Translations under genes and position numbers: made by a program
Shown: positions 38,746 to 47,764 of the stretch, piece by piece
Position numbering within the stretch: position 1 is the stretch's first letter
Layout: each line of letters starts with the position of its first letter
The notes under the pieces: model-generated
What the model was told of the DNA's origin: nothing
What the model saw: the letters and a program-made list of their open reading frames with translations, nothing else
The model's database searches: none
NCBI GenBank assembly: GCA_016188865.1
Contig: JACPGX010000001.1
Span: forward strand, 205,197-269,196
From: Candidatus Nealsonbacteria bacterium
Lineage (GTDB): Bacteria; Patescibacteriota; Minisyncoccia; Minisyncoccales; MHMH01
Length of the DNA stretch: 64,000 nt
Reading direction: 5' to 3'

Positions 38746-40337
38746 AGTTGATTAATTATATCATCCGGAGTAAACGGCCTCCCGTCGTACTTTAAAATCT
38801 TATTTTTAATCGTAATGCCGGTTTCTTCTTTGATAACATCAGCCAAGGAGCCCGTAACGCTATTTTCTACCAAAACAACCTTCTTGGCCTGCCTGCCGGT
38901 AGGCATGGATTTTTTGATTTCTTTAGCAACTTTTTCTGCCGGGAAAGGTTTTAAATAAGAAATCTGCATAAATCTAAAATTCTTTATTTGGGGTAAGGCA
39001 TCTAGAATCGCGCCCTTAGTTGAACCGTGACTAATAAGCAAATTACTTCCTTTGCCATAAACAGAAATCGGATTTAATTTATCAATCTCTTTTTTAAGAT
39101 AAGGCAATTTTTTAAATCTTTTATCCTGCATTTTAACTGCCCCAGCAGAATCTTCAATGGTATAGCCATATTCATTATGCTCATAGCTATTTGCCCTAAC
39201 CACAAAGTTGCCTTGTCCCGGAACAGCTCTTGGAGAAATGCCATTCGGCGTTAAAGCATAGGGCCTGTAATCTTCCTGCGGATTTTCCACGATAAAGCGA
39301 TCAATCGGCAAAGATGACTTTGCTATTTCATCAAAAGTATAATTGCTTTCAGCCAAATGCTTATCCGATAAAAGAATAACGGGGATTCTATATTTATTGG
39401 ACAGATAAAAAGCCTCCTGGGTTCTGATCACGGCCTCTTGTGCGTCACCCGGAGATAAAACCACCCTCAAAAATTCCCCATGTCCGGCGTTTAAAGCGAA
39501 CTTCAAATCTCCCTGACCAGTATGGGTAGCTAATCCGGTTGCAGGAGCCGGCCTCTGCCCTAAATAAATTACCAAAGGAAGTTCGGTCATAGCTGCCAAG
39601 CTCAATCCTTCGGTCATTAAAGCAAAACCGCCGCCCGAAGTCCCGACCATAGCTTTAGCTCCCGCGAATGAAGCCCCCAAGGCGGCATTAATAACTGCAA
39701 TTTCATTTTCCGGCTGAAAAACCAAGATATTATTTTCCAGCTGCCTCTTGGCCAAAAAATGGAGCACGGGACTAGCCGGAGTCATGGGATAAGCTAAATA
39801 AATATCCATGCCAGCGGCTATTGCTCCAATGCCTATGGCTTCCGTGCCGGAAATAAAACACTTAGGTTTTAATTTTTTAAGTTTTTCTTTTTCAGAGTCC
39901 AATTGATAACCCTCTTGAATTGATTTTTTTACCAAGTCGGCGTTTTTACCGAATGTTTTTTCTGCGGCTGCAAAAAGAATATTTAAATCCACTCCGAAAT
40001 ATTTGAAAAGCAGGCCGATTAGAATATTGTTAGCTAAAATTTTCGGCTCCGTTTCTTTGGCTTTAAAAACCAAACCGCTTTGTTTTAAATCTTTCTTGTG
40101 AATATCAACTGTTTTTTGGTCTAAAGCCAAAATAAAATCATATTTATATTCGTGGGAATAAACCGGCTTATCAGAAATTTTCAGAATATTAAAATTATGC
40201 CCTCCCCTGATTAAGGAGGGATAATCTCGGTAATTAAAAACGTAATATCCCAAACTAGTAAAAATTTTCCCGACAAAATGCGAGGTAACAGCCGTGCCCA
40301 GCCCCGCCTCCCCGCCGATGAGAATCGTTTTTTGCAT
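38742..40337 (-). CDS. 2-oxoacid:ferredoxin oxidoreductase alpha subunit (gamma-alpha fusion)
   Basis: IGGEAG, YPSLIRGGH, YPMTP, ENEI, TSGGG. Start set at ATG 40337 (MQKTILIGG). Confidence 0.92.
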   Translation of the reverse strand: MQKTILIGGEAGLGTAVTSHFVGKIFTSLGYYVFNYRDYPSLIRGGHNFNILKISDKPVYSHEYKYDFILALDQKTVDIHKKDLKQSGLVFKAKETEPKILANNILIGLLFKYFGVDLNILFAAAEKTFGKNADLVKKSIQEGYQLDSEKEKLKKLKPKCFISGTEAIGIGAIAAGMDIYLAYPMTPASPVLHFLAKRQLENNILVFQPENEIAVINAALGASFAGAKAMVGTSGGGFALMTEGLSLAAMTELPLVIYLGQRPAPATGLATHTGQGDLKFALNAGHGEFLRVVLSPGDAQEAVIRTQEAFYLSNKYRIPVILLSDKHLAESNYTFDEIAKSSLPIDRFIVENPQEDYRPYALTPNGISPRAVPGQGNFVVRANSYEHNEYGYTIEDSAGAVKMQDKRFKKLPYLKKEIDKLNPISVYGKGSNLLISHGSTKGAILDALPQIKNFRFMQISYLKPFPAEKVAKEIKKSMPTGRQAKKVVLVENSVTGSLADVIKEETGITIKNKILKYDGRPFTPDDIINQL

Positions 40338-40380
40338 AATACAACTAATTCCTATATTACCACTTTTCTTCCAAAATAAA

Positions 40381-40409
40381 AAGTGTGCGACACTCGGTGT
40401 CGCACGCTT
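40381..40409. repeat. Palindrome family F, with a degenerate copy at 40922-40948
   Basis: AAGTGTGCGACAC-TCG-GTGTCGCACGCTT. Confidence 0.75.
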
Positions 40410-40543
40410 ATATTTCAACCCACGAAGTTGAAGATTTTACGAAAATTGTGCTTTATCGTGGCAGCAGCCGTTATCAAGCAATACGAGTATTTTCTTTTAC
40501 AATACTAGTGTTATGAGTTGTTCAAAATATTTTACATAAACCG

Positions 40544-40858
40544 CTATAATTTCCTCGGGGAATTCTTCCGGATATTCATCTTTATTAAATTTTTATTAAA
40601 TTTCCTCAATGCAGTCTCCAAATACTTCGCCGCTTCTTCTAATTTTTCAAGATCTTCTAGATTATTTTTATCTCGCAAAATCTTCTCCGCTGCTTCGGTA
40701 AATATAGAAACATCTCTTAAAAATCTTTTGCCCTTTCCGTCAGGAAGTTTTTTATCCATATCGCCTAATACTGTGTATTTTTGGCTATCGCTTTTTGCTC
40801 TTTCAAGTCTATCGACCGCCATTTTTAATACCTGTCCTTCTGTCTTTTGTTTAACCAC
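40544..40858 (-). CDS. Hypothetical protein
   Basis: GAGGAGG SD before GTG; helical 104-aa ORF. Confidence 0.6.
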   Translation of the reverse strand: MVKQKTEGQVLKMAVDRLERAKSDSQKYTVLGDMDKKLPDGKGKRFLRDVSIFTEAAEKILRDKNNLEDLEKLEEAAKYLETALRKFNKNLIKMNIRKNSPRKL

Positions 40859-40955
40859 TTTTGCCTCCTCATGTACTGCTATCCTATACCCAAACTTTTT
40901 AAAGAAATGGCGTTAGCTCGGAAGTGCGCAACGCTCGGTATCGCATACGTCATTT

Positions 40956-41168
40956 TTAAGGAAGCCTTGCTTCATTAAAAATAATAATCTCTTCTTTTAA
41001 GGCAAACCAATCACCTGTGCGTCTTTTTTTGTCTCTAATTTCTTGAATAAACACTTCGGCTTCTTTGCGAGCTTCTCGCCTTGATTTGGCGTTTAGTTTT
41101 TTCCGCACATCTATTACAGTCGCGCCGCCATAATATTGATAACAAAGGTAGTATGACTTATTTTCCAT
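40956..41168 (-). CDS. Hypothetical protein
   Basis: AAGGAGG SD; 70 aa. Confidence 0.6.
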   Translation of the reverse strand: MENKSYYLCYQYYGGATVIDVRKKLNAKSRREARKEAEVFIQEIRDKKRRTGDWFALKEEIIIFNEARLP

Positions 41169-41312
41169 TTCTCCCTCCTTATTTATTCCAATGATCTAAT
41201 CGTAGCCTATCAAACCTCAAAATAAAAATCAAGCGTATAAATAGTGTACACCCCGCGGGAATGCACACTATTATTTATTCTTACTCATATTTTTAGCCCT
41301 GTGGATAACCTC

Positions 41313-41341
41313 TTGCTTGACACGAGCTTATGTGCTATAAT
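41313..41341 (+). promoter_or_regulatory. Promoter pointing antisense into the NYN gene 3' end
   Basis: TTGCTT-17-TATAAT with extended -10 TG. Confidence 0.6.
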
Positions 41342-41346
41342 AAGGA

Positions 41347-41403
41347 TGTAGGAGAAATCCTACTAATCACGCGGTCCCGCCTAAAGCGGGATTTTCGCTT
41401 TTT
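41347..41403 (+). ncRNA. Candidate small RNA (about 55 nt) antisense to the NYN gene end
   Basis: GTAGGA-GAAA-TCCTAC GNRA hairpin, then TCCCGC-CTAAA-GCGGGA hairpin and T-rich tail. Confidence 0.5.
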
Positions 41404-42080
41404 ATATAACCCCTCTTTCCTGTATAAAATTTACCGAAATCAATATATTTATCTTTAATGCGATGCAACTCCCCTGCCACCATATCGCGTACTCCAACCA
41501 CGTAAATATTTTTTCCCCTTACTTTTAGACGCTCTAATGGCGCGACCAAATCGGAATCACCAGAAAAAAGCATAACTGCCGTTATTTTTTCCGCATCGTC
41601 TAACATATCCATTGTCATCTCAACATCAAAATTACATTTTGGCTCCTCGAGAATTATTCCAGATTTTTGCAACTCATCTATCAACTCGTAAATTTTCTCT
41701 TTAACTTTTCCATCAAATAAAGTCATGGTACGACGCTGAAAAAACAATGCTTCATCAATGTCTTTCTTAATAAATTTCATAACTTTTGGCGGATTTGGTC
41801 TCAAAATTGCTCCAGTCTTTTTTATGCGATTATGAAATGCTTCAGAATTTTCCCTATCCCTTTCATTCAATCCGTAATACACCTTTACCTCTTTAATGTT
41901 TGGGAAAGTAAAAAGTTGCCCAACTACGTCTTCTATTCTAAATCTCCAGCCCAAAACATCTTGCCAATGAAACATATTAGTTAAATCCAAATATACAAAA
42001 ATAGATGTTTCCTTGTTTATCCAATCTAAATAATCTCTTCTGACTATAAAATTATTTTTAATATTTTGAGGTATATCCAT
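41367..42080 (-). CDS. NYN/LabA (PIN-like) domain protein, predicted RNase
   Basis: VYLDLTN, KCNFDVEM..D, LFSGDSDL, D..IDF. Confidence 0.88.
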   Translation of the reverse strand: MDIPQNIKNNFIVRRDYLDWINKETSIFVYLDLTNMFHWQDVLGWRFRIEDVVGQLFTFPNIKEVKVYYGLNERDRENSEAFHNRIKKTGAILRPNPPKVMKFIKKDIDEALFFQRRTMTLFDGKVKEKIYELIDELQKSGIILEEPKCNFDVEMTMDMLDDAEKITAVMLFSGDSDLVAPLERLKVRGKNIYVVGVRDMVAGELHRIKDKYIDFGKFYTGKRGYIKSENPALGGTA

Positions 42081-42162
42081 AATGTTCAGTTCCCCTTATC
42101 TTAACAAATAGAAAATCCGGATTCAACCGGAAGAAAATAGATCTACTATTACCATCCCCAAT

Positions 42163-42385
42163 AAAAAAAGAAACCCCTGAATGCTCTTTTGAGCTATTCA
42201 GGGGGGCTTCTTCTCGGGGCCCCTATTACTCTCTTGCACAGCGGGGCCAGAAGACCGTGCAAGATATACCTGTTAAAGTCTTTCCCCGCAGACCGGTAGA
42301 CGTCTTACGAGAATACCCCTGTCAAAATCCTCTTTGCATGCCGGGGAACGCATTGCTCGAGTGGTGTCCTTCTCTATCTTTACTA
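42163..42385 (-). ncRNA. Candidate ncRNA (about 220 nt) with pseudoknot and terminator
   Basis: Lies between a consensus promoter (42418-42390) and a terminator (42174-42204); has paired regions and no convincing ORF. Confidence 0.6.
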
Positions 42386-42389
42386 TAAC

Positions 42390-42418
42390 AGTATAGCATG
42401 GAACTCAAATTCTGTCAA
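42390..42418 (-). promoter_or_regulatory. Sigma70 promoter
   Basis: TTGACA-17-TATACT with extended -10 TG. Confidence 0.75.
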
Positions 42419-42443
42419 TAGGCCTATCGTACGAGGGTGCACA

Positions 42444-44255
42444 CTATTCTACGGTGACGGATTTGGCTAGGTTACGAGGCTTGTCTACATCGCAGCCGCG
42501 AAGGACGCCCATGTGGTAAGCGAAAAGCTGGAGAGGAATGACGCTTAAAATGGGGGTGAGCATTTCCAATGTTTTGGGGATATAAATGACATCGTTAGCC
42601 AATTTTTTAATTCCCTCATCGCCCTCGGTGGCAATAACAATAATTTTTCCTTTGCGGGCTTTGATTTCCTCTATGTTTGATATATTTTTTTCGTAAACCG
42701 AATCGGCTGGAGCAATGACTATAGTGGGGAAATTTTCATCAATCAAAGCGATGGGACCGTGCTTCAATTCGCCGGCTCCGTAACCTTCAGCGTGAATGTA
42801 GGATATTTCTTTTAGTTTTAAAGCGCCCTCTAAAGCAACGGGATAATTATATTTTCTGCCAAGATAGAAAAAATTATTATAGTCCTTATATTTCTCGGCT
42901 AATTTTTTAATTTGAACGCTGGTACTCAAAACTGTTTTTATCAATCCCGGCAAAAGCTGAAGCTCTTTGGCGATTCTTTGGCCCGTGACAACTGAAAGTT
43001 CTTTTTGCCTGCCAAGGTATAAAGTTAAAAGCGCTAAAATTGCCAATTGGGAGGTGAAGGCCTTGGTGGAAGCCACGCCAATTTCCGCGCCGGCCCGATT
43101 GTAAACACCGGCATCGGTTTCTCTGGCCACAGAAGAACCAACCATATTAACAATTCCCATGGTTTGCACGCCTTTTCTTTTTGCTTCTTTGAGAGCAGCT
43201 AAAGTATCGGCAGTTTCTCCAGATTGGGAAATCGCCAAAACCGCTGTTTTTTTATCGAAAATCGGCTTTCTGTAACGGAATTCCGAGGCTAAATCCACAT
43301 CGGTTGAAATGCCGGCATATTCTTCCAGCATGTACTCGCCTACCAAGCCGGCATGATAAGCAGTGCCGCAGGCGATAATATCAATGCTATCAATTTCTCG
43401 AAGTTTTTCTTTGACTGATTCAAGCCCGCCAAGCCTGGCAGCTCCCTGATTAGTTAGCACCCTGCCTTTAAGGGCGTTATCAATGGTTTCTGACTGCTCC
43501 ATAATTTCTTTAAGCATAAAATGAGGAAAACCTTTTTTCTGGGCATCTTCCGATTCTATTTCCAGAAGCTCCGGCTGCTTTTCTCTTAGAATAAGCAAAT
43601 CGTTTGGAGTAATAACTGCTATTTCATTATCATCCAAATTAACTACTTTTTTAGCATAAGGAGCTATGGCATTGGCGTCAGATGCGACGAGGTATTCCTT
43701 TTTGCCGGTAATGCCGATTAAAAGAGGGCTGGAAAGCCGGGCTACTACAATTTTCCCCGGATCTTTTTTGGCAATAATGGCTAAGGCGTAAGCGCCTCTA
43801 ACCTGCCTCAAGGCCTTTCTAACTGCTTCCTCTAAATTTTTATGAAAAAATTTCTCAATTAAATGAGCTACGACTTCAGTATCTGTTTCAGAACTGAAAA
43901 CGTGGCCTTCTTTTTCCAGGCCTTCTTTCAACTCGCGATAATTTTCAATAATCCCATTGTGAACAAGCCAAATGTTGCCATGGCAATCGGAATGAGGATG
44001 GGCATTGGCTTCAGTTACGCCGCCGTGAGTTGCCCATCTTACGTGCCCAAGGCCAAAAGTGCCTTCAATGTTGCAATCTTTTAGTTTATTTTCTAATGCA
44101 TCAAGTTTTCCTACTGCTTTTAAGCAAATGGTTTTATCGTTATCAAAAATAACAAGACCCGAGGAATCATATCCCCGGTAGCTTTCTCGCTGAAGCCCAT
44201 TAATCAAAATGGGCACAGCTTTCTGTTTTCCCAAATAACCGACTATCCCGCACAT
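42444..44255 (-). CDS. glmS: Glutamine-fructose-6-phosphate transaminase
   Basis: MCGIVG, RGYDS, HVRWATHG, SQSGET, PRNLAKSVTVE. Confidence 0.97.
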   Translation of the reverse strand: MCGIVGYLGKQKAVPILINGLQRESYRGYDSSGLVIFDNDKTICLKAVGKLDALENKLKDCNIEGTFGLGHVRWATHGGVTEANAHPHSDCHGNIWLVHNGIIENYRELKEGLEKEGHVFSSETDTEVVAHLIEKFFHKNLEEAVRKALRQVRGAYALAIIAKKDPGKIVVARLSSPLLIGITGKKEYLVASDANAIAPYAKKVVNLDDNEIAVITPNDLLILREKQPELLEIESEDAQKKGFPHFMLKEIMEQSETIDNALKGRVLTNQGAARLGGLESVKEKLREIDSIDIIACGTAYHAGLVGEYMLEEYAGISTDVDLASEFRYRKPIFDKKTAVLAISQSGETADTLAALKEAKRKGVQTMGIVNMVGSSVARETDAGVYNRAGAEIGVASTKAFTSQLAILALLTLYLGRQKELSVVTGQRIAKELQLLPGLIKTVLSTSVQIKKLAEKYKDYNNFFYLGRKYNYPVALEGALKLKEISYIHAEGYGAGELKHGPIALIDENFPTIVIAPADSVYEKNISNIEEIKARKGKIIVIATEGDEGIKKLANDVIYIPKTLEMLTPILSVIPLQLFAYHMGVLRGCDVDKPRNLAKSVTVE

Positions 44256-44305
44256 CATATTCATAATAGCTATTTATAGCCGCCGCTGTCAACGGCAGTA
44301 ATATA

Positions 44306-44330
44306 AAACCTCGGTTAAAAACCGAGGTTT
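44306..44330 (-). terminator. Intrinsic terminator-like hairpin
   Basis: AAACCTCGGTT...AACCGAGGTTT. Confidence 0.6.
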
Positions 44331-44339
44331 CTTTTTCTG

Positions 44340-44364
44340 ATGTAACGGGTCGTACCCGTTACAT
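44340..44364. repeat. Palindrome family E, copy 2
   Basis: ATGTAACGGGT-CGT-ACCCGTTACAT, abutting the dehydrogenase stop. Confidence 0.9.
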
Positions 44365-45563
44365 TATCTTAAAATTTGAGCGAGATAAATTTTTTCTTCG
44401 GCTAGCATGTCAGCTACTATATTGGTAGGCAGATTAAGCCTTTTCGAGTACCAGAAAACTTTCATTAAATTAGGAAAAATACTTTCCAGTTTTTCCTGCA
44501 CCCTTACTTCACTGTAGCCATCGGGGTGTCTTTCATCATCAACATTTATTAAGCCCCCGGCATTAATAACATAATCTGGCGCGTAAAGAATTCCTTTTTT
44601 CATCAATAGTTTACCGGCAACAGAATCCTGCAGCTGGTTGTTAGCAGCGCCAGCCACAATCCGGCACCTTAAATTAGAGACAGTCTGTTTAGTGAGAATG
44701 CCCCCAGCGGCGCAGGGAGCAAAAATATCGCATTCTTGAGAAAAAATTTCTTCTTGAGCCACTACTTTGCTTAATTTCTTAAATTCCCCAAGCGCTTTCT
44801 CTTTAAGCTCTTCCTGAAAATGAGCTATCCTTCTCGGATCGATATCTGAGCCAATAATTTGCTTTACTCCTTCTTGATATAAAAATTCAGCCAATCGATA
44901 GCCGACTTTTCCTAAACCCTGAATGGCGACAGTTTTGCCTTCCAGCGGCCCCATATTCAAAAACCTTAAACAGGCTTTCATTCCGTAAACAATCCCCCGG
45001 GCAGTAACTGGTGATGGATCACCGCTGCCGCGCAATTTCCCGTAGCGATAGGTTTCCGGCAAGCCTGCCACAAAAGAAGTTTTCATCCTCATTAAACGAA
45101 CATCCTGCTCGTCAATATTCATATCTTCGCCGCCAATATATTCGCCTCTCAAGGCTTCAATTTCTTCCGCCAATTCCCATAGGAGAAAGTTGGTTTTATC
45201 TTCTCTAGGATTGCCCCAAACCACGCATTTGGCTCCGCCTTTTTTAATGCCAGCTATAGCTGCTTTATAAGTCATGGCTTTGGAAAGGCGAAGAACGTCG
45301 GTAATCGCCTCTTTTTCGTCTCGATATTGGAGCATACGGATTCCGCCGAGAGCCTGTTCCGCAATGGCTCGATTGTGAATGGCGATGGCCGTTTTTAATT
45401 TCACTTCGGGATGATAAAATAAATAAATTCTTTCGTGGCCCTCTTTTCTCATTACTTCGGCGATCCATTCCGCTTCTGGATAAGGCACTAAATCTGGCCG
45501 AACCTCAAGCTTTCTCTGGCTATTTTCCAGCATCCTTTCAAAGACGCCATTATTTTCTCCCAT
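44364..45563 (-). CDS. Leu/Val/Phe dehydrogenase (ELFV family)
   Basis: ALGGIR, MTYK, GGAK, SGDPSPVTA.G, QGLGKVG, APDYVINAGG. Confidence 0.92.
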   Translation of the reverse strand: MGENNGVFERMLENSQRKLEVRPDLVPYPEAEWIAEVMRKEGHERIYLFYHPEVKLKTAIAIHNRAIAEQALGGIRMLQYRDEKEAITDVLRLSKAMTYKAAIAGIKKGGAKCVVWGNPREDKTNFLLWELAEEIEALRGEYIGGEDMNIDEQDVRLMRMKTSFVAGLPETYRYGKLRGSGDPSPVTARGIVYGMKACLRFLNMGPLEGKTVAIQGLGKVGYRLAEFLYQEGVKQIIGSDIDPRRIAHFQEELKEKALGEFKKLSKVVAQEEIFSQECDIFAPCAAGGILTKQTVSNLRCRIVAGAANNQLQDSVAGKLLMKKGILYAPDYVINAGGLINVDDERHPDGYSEVRVQEKLESIFPNLMKVFWYSKRLNLPTNIVADMLAEEKIYLAQILR

Positions 45564-45680
45564 ATTTTGCCTCCTTAGCTACACGCTTTTACAAGGTGCT
45601 TAATCTATTTTTAATCTATCTCCTACAAATTTCTTGTCAAACCCTTCAGCGGACTCTGAGTAAATAAAAAGTCCCGAAGA

Positions 45681-46604
45681 CTAAGCTTGGGACTTTATTA
45701 AAGATAGTTTTTTAAGATAGTCCATTTGAGAATCAACACTTTTTTGAATTTCAGAAATTTTTTCTTTGATTAAATGCCTAAACCTTCCTTGCAGCCTTAA
45801 ATAATCATCAACGGGAATCTTATCGGGCATTTTGTTAATCACATATTTTTTCCCGCCAAAAACTTCGTAAAGCGGAAAAACTCTGGAAGCTACAGCTAAT
45901 CTTGATATTTCAATCGATAGATTTTCCGATAAGCGCCAGCCAGTCGGGCAAGGGGTAAACAAATGAATGAATCTGAAGCCCTGAATGTCTTTGGCTTTTC
46001 TGACTTTTTCCCGCAAATCATCAAGAAAAGCAACTGCTGCCGTAGCTACATAAGGAACGCCGTGGTCAGCCAAAATCCTTACGATATCCTTTTTAGCATC
46101 TTTCTTGCCTTCGGTTGTCACGGTTGTCCACGCTTCCCTGGGAGTGGAACCAGACTGCTGAATTCCCGTATTCATATAAGCTTCATTATCGTGGCAAAAG
46201 ACAAGAATATTTTCATTGCGGGTTGCTGCAGCCGATAAAGAACCAAAACCGATATCAAATGCGGCTCCGTCGCCCATCCATGGGACGACTAAAGCGTCCT
46301 GAATGCCGTAACAATCGAGCGCCATTCTCAAGCCGGTCGCCCTGTCAGGCGCTGACATGAATAAGCTGGCCATGTCAAACACTTTTTCAGCGTTTGCTTC
46401 AAAGCTGGCGCAAACGCTTTTGCAGGAAGCCGGAGTGACAAAAATAATGATCTTTTTCTTACTTTCCCCGAGCGAAGTCGAGGGGTCTTCAGCCAAAACG
46501 CTTAAAACTTGGCGCAACAATACAGGTTCTGCACAGCCCGGGCAAAAAGAATGTCCGGGCCAAAGCATTTCTTCTGCAGGTTTTGCATAAATTTGTTCTG
46601 GCAT
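45681..46604 (-). CDS. Por/Vor-type 2-oxoacid:ferredoxin oxidoreductase beta subunit
   Basis: FCPGC, GDG..FDIG, DNEAYMNTGIQ, PCPTGW. Confidence 0.9.
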   Translation of the reverse strand: MPEQIYAKPAEEMLWPGHSFCPGCAEPVLLRQVLSVLAEDPSTSLGESKKKIIIFVTPASCKSVCASFEANAEKVFDMASLFMSAPDRATGLRMALDCYGIQDALVVPWMGDGAAFDIGFGSLSAAATRNENILVFCHDNEAYMNTGIQQSGSTPREAWTTVTTEGKKDAKKDIVRILADHGVPYVATAAVAFLDDLREKVRKAKDIQGFRFIHLFTPCPTGWRLSENLSIEISRLAVASRVFPLYEVFGGKKYVINKMPDKIPVDDYLRLQGRFRHLIKEKISEIQKSVDSQMDYLKKLSLIKSQA

Positions 46605-46606
46605 TT

Positions 46607-47764
46607 TTAACTCCTCCAGCGAATCATTCGAGGATTGTCTGATTTAAGAGCGTCTTCGATGTCTTCAACAATGTGCTCTGGTCTGATATCTTTGCCGCCC
46701 ATGCCGCGGATATAGTTAAAAATGGGAATATTTGAATTATACATAGCTGATTCAATCTCTTGGGCAAAAATTCCTTTGGCTCCATAACTCATCGACCTGT
46801 CAAAAACCGCAATTTTCTTACCCTTAGACAGCCAATATCTTAAAGCTGTTGAGGGAAATGGCCTAAACAAACGAAGCTTTAACAGGCCAACCCTATCGCC
46901 GTACAAATCAACCGCCTCTTTGGCAATGGAAGCAGTAATGCCTGCTGCCACTAAAATTAATTCCTGTTTTGGTTGAATCTTGTAGGGCATTACCAGACGA
47001 TAATTTCTGCCAAAAGATTTATTGAATGCAACCATTACTTGCTTGATTATTTTCGGAGCTGACCGCATTGCTTCAAAAAGCCTCTGGCTATGAACCGGCG
47101 TGCGCGAAGAGCCACTGAAAACATAAGGGTCATCCGGATTCAAGGGCAAGAGAGTATTTACGGGCGGTAAAAATCCGTCAATTGCTTCCTGACTAGGAAT
47201 ATCGATTATTTCCGATAAATGCGAAAGAATAAATCCTTCATAGCAGACCATCGCCGGGATTTTTACAGTTTCAGTTATTTTAAAAGCCTGCAAAACAGTA
47301 TCAAAAACTTCCTGAACGTCTTCGCAATATAATTGAATCCAGCCGGTGTCTCTTTGCGACAAACTATCCTGAAAATCAGGCCAAATATTCCAAGGCAAAC
47401 CTAGAGAACGATTGGCTACGGCTAAAACAACGGACGCTCTTTCTTTAGCTGCCGAATGCATAGACTCGCTCATTAAAGTCAAACCGTGCGAGCTGGTAGC
47501 GGTCATAACTCTCAGTCCGAGAAGGGCAGCTCCAACGCAAGCTTCCATTGCCGCATGCTCATTATACATCCAGCGGGTTTGCGACCCGCTCTCTCCGAGA
47601 AACTCTATGAGTTTTTCAACCGCTCCCGTACTTGGAGTAATGCAGTAATTCGGTGAAGCTTGGACTCGGGCAGCAAAACCAGCCAAAGCAACAGCGGTAT
47701 TGCCGTCTAAAAGCATTTTTTTACCGAGCATTTCACTCGCCTTCATTTTCTTCCTCCATAACAA
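46607..47764 (-). CDS. Por/Vor-type oxidoreductase alpha subunit
   Basis: GNTAVA, YCITP, NEHAA, TATSSHGL, RLFRPFP. Start uncertain (may be MKASEM). Confidence 0.9.
   Translation of the reverse strand: MLWRKKMKASEMLGKKMLLDGNTAVALAGFAARVQASPNYCITPSTGAVEKLIEFLGESGSQTRWMYNEHAAMEACVGAALLGLRVMTATSSHGLTLMSESMHSAAKERASVVLAVANRSLGLPWNIWPDFQDSLSQRDTGWIQLYCEDVQEVFDTVLQAFKITETVKIPAMVCYEGFILSHLSEIIDIPSQEAIDGFLPPVNTLLPLNPDDPYVFSGSSRTPVHSQRLFEAMRSAPKIIKQVMVAFNKSFGRNYRLVMPYKIQPKQELILVAAGITASIAKEAVDLYGDRVGLLKLRLFRPFPSTALRYWLSKGKKIAVFDRSMSYGAKGIFAQEIESAMYNSNIPIFNYIRGMGGKDIRPEHIVEDIEDALKSDNPRMIRWRS

Noticed and set aside
17431..41308. Replication origin
   Set aside because: Only two isolated perfect DnaA boxes were noticed, 24 kb apart; no cluster and no dnaA gene.
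42117..42130. CCGGATTCAACCGG resembling the palindrome A core
   Set aside because: It is short, has an indel and lacks the outer arms; probably chance.
42290..42315. Purine riboswitch-like words (CUCGUA...UCUACCGG)
   Set aside because: The P2/P3 arms and spacing of the aptamer are missing.
44265..44363. glmS ribozyme
   Set aside because: The short leader holds a promoter, a terminator and a repeat, but no glmS ribozyme core.
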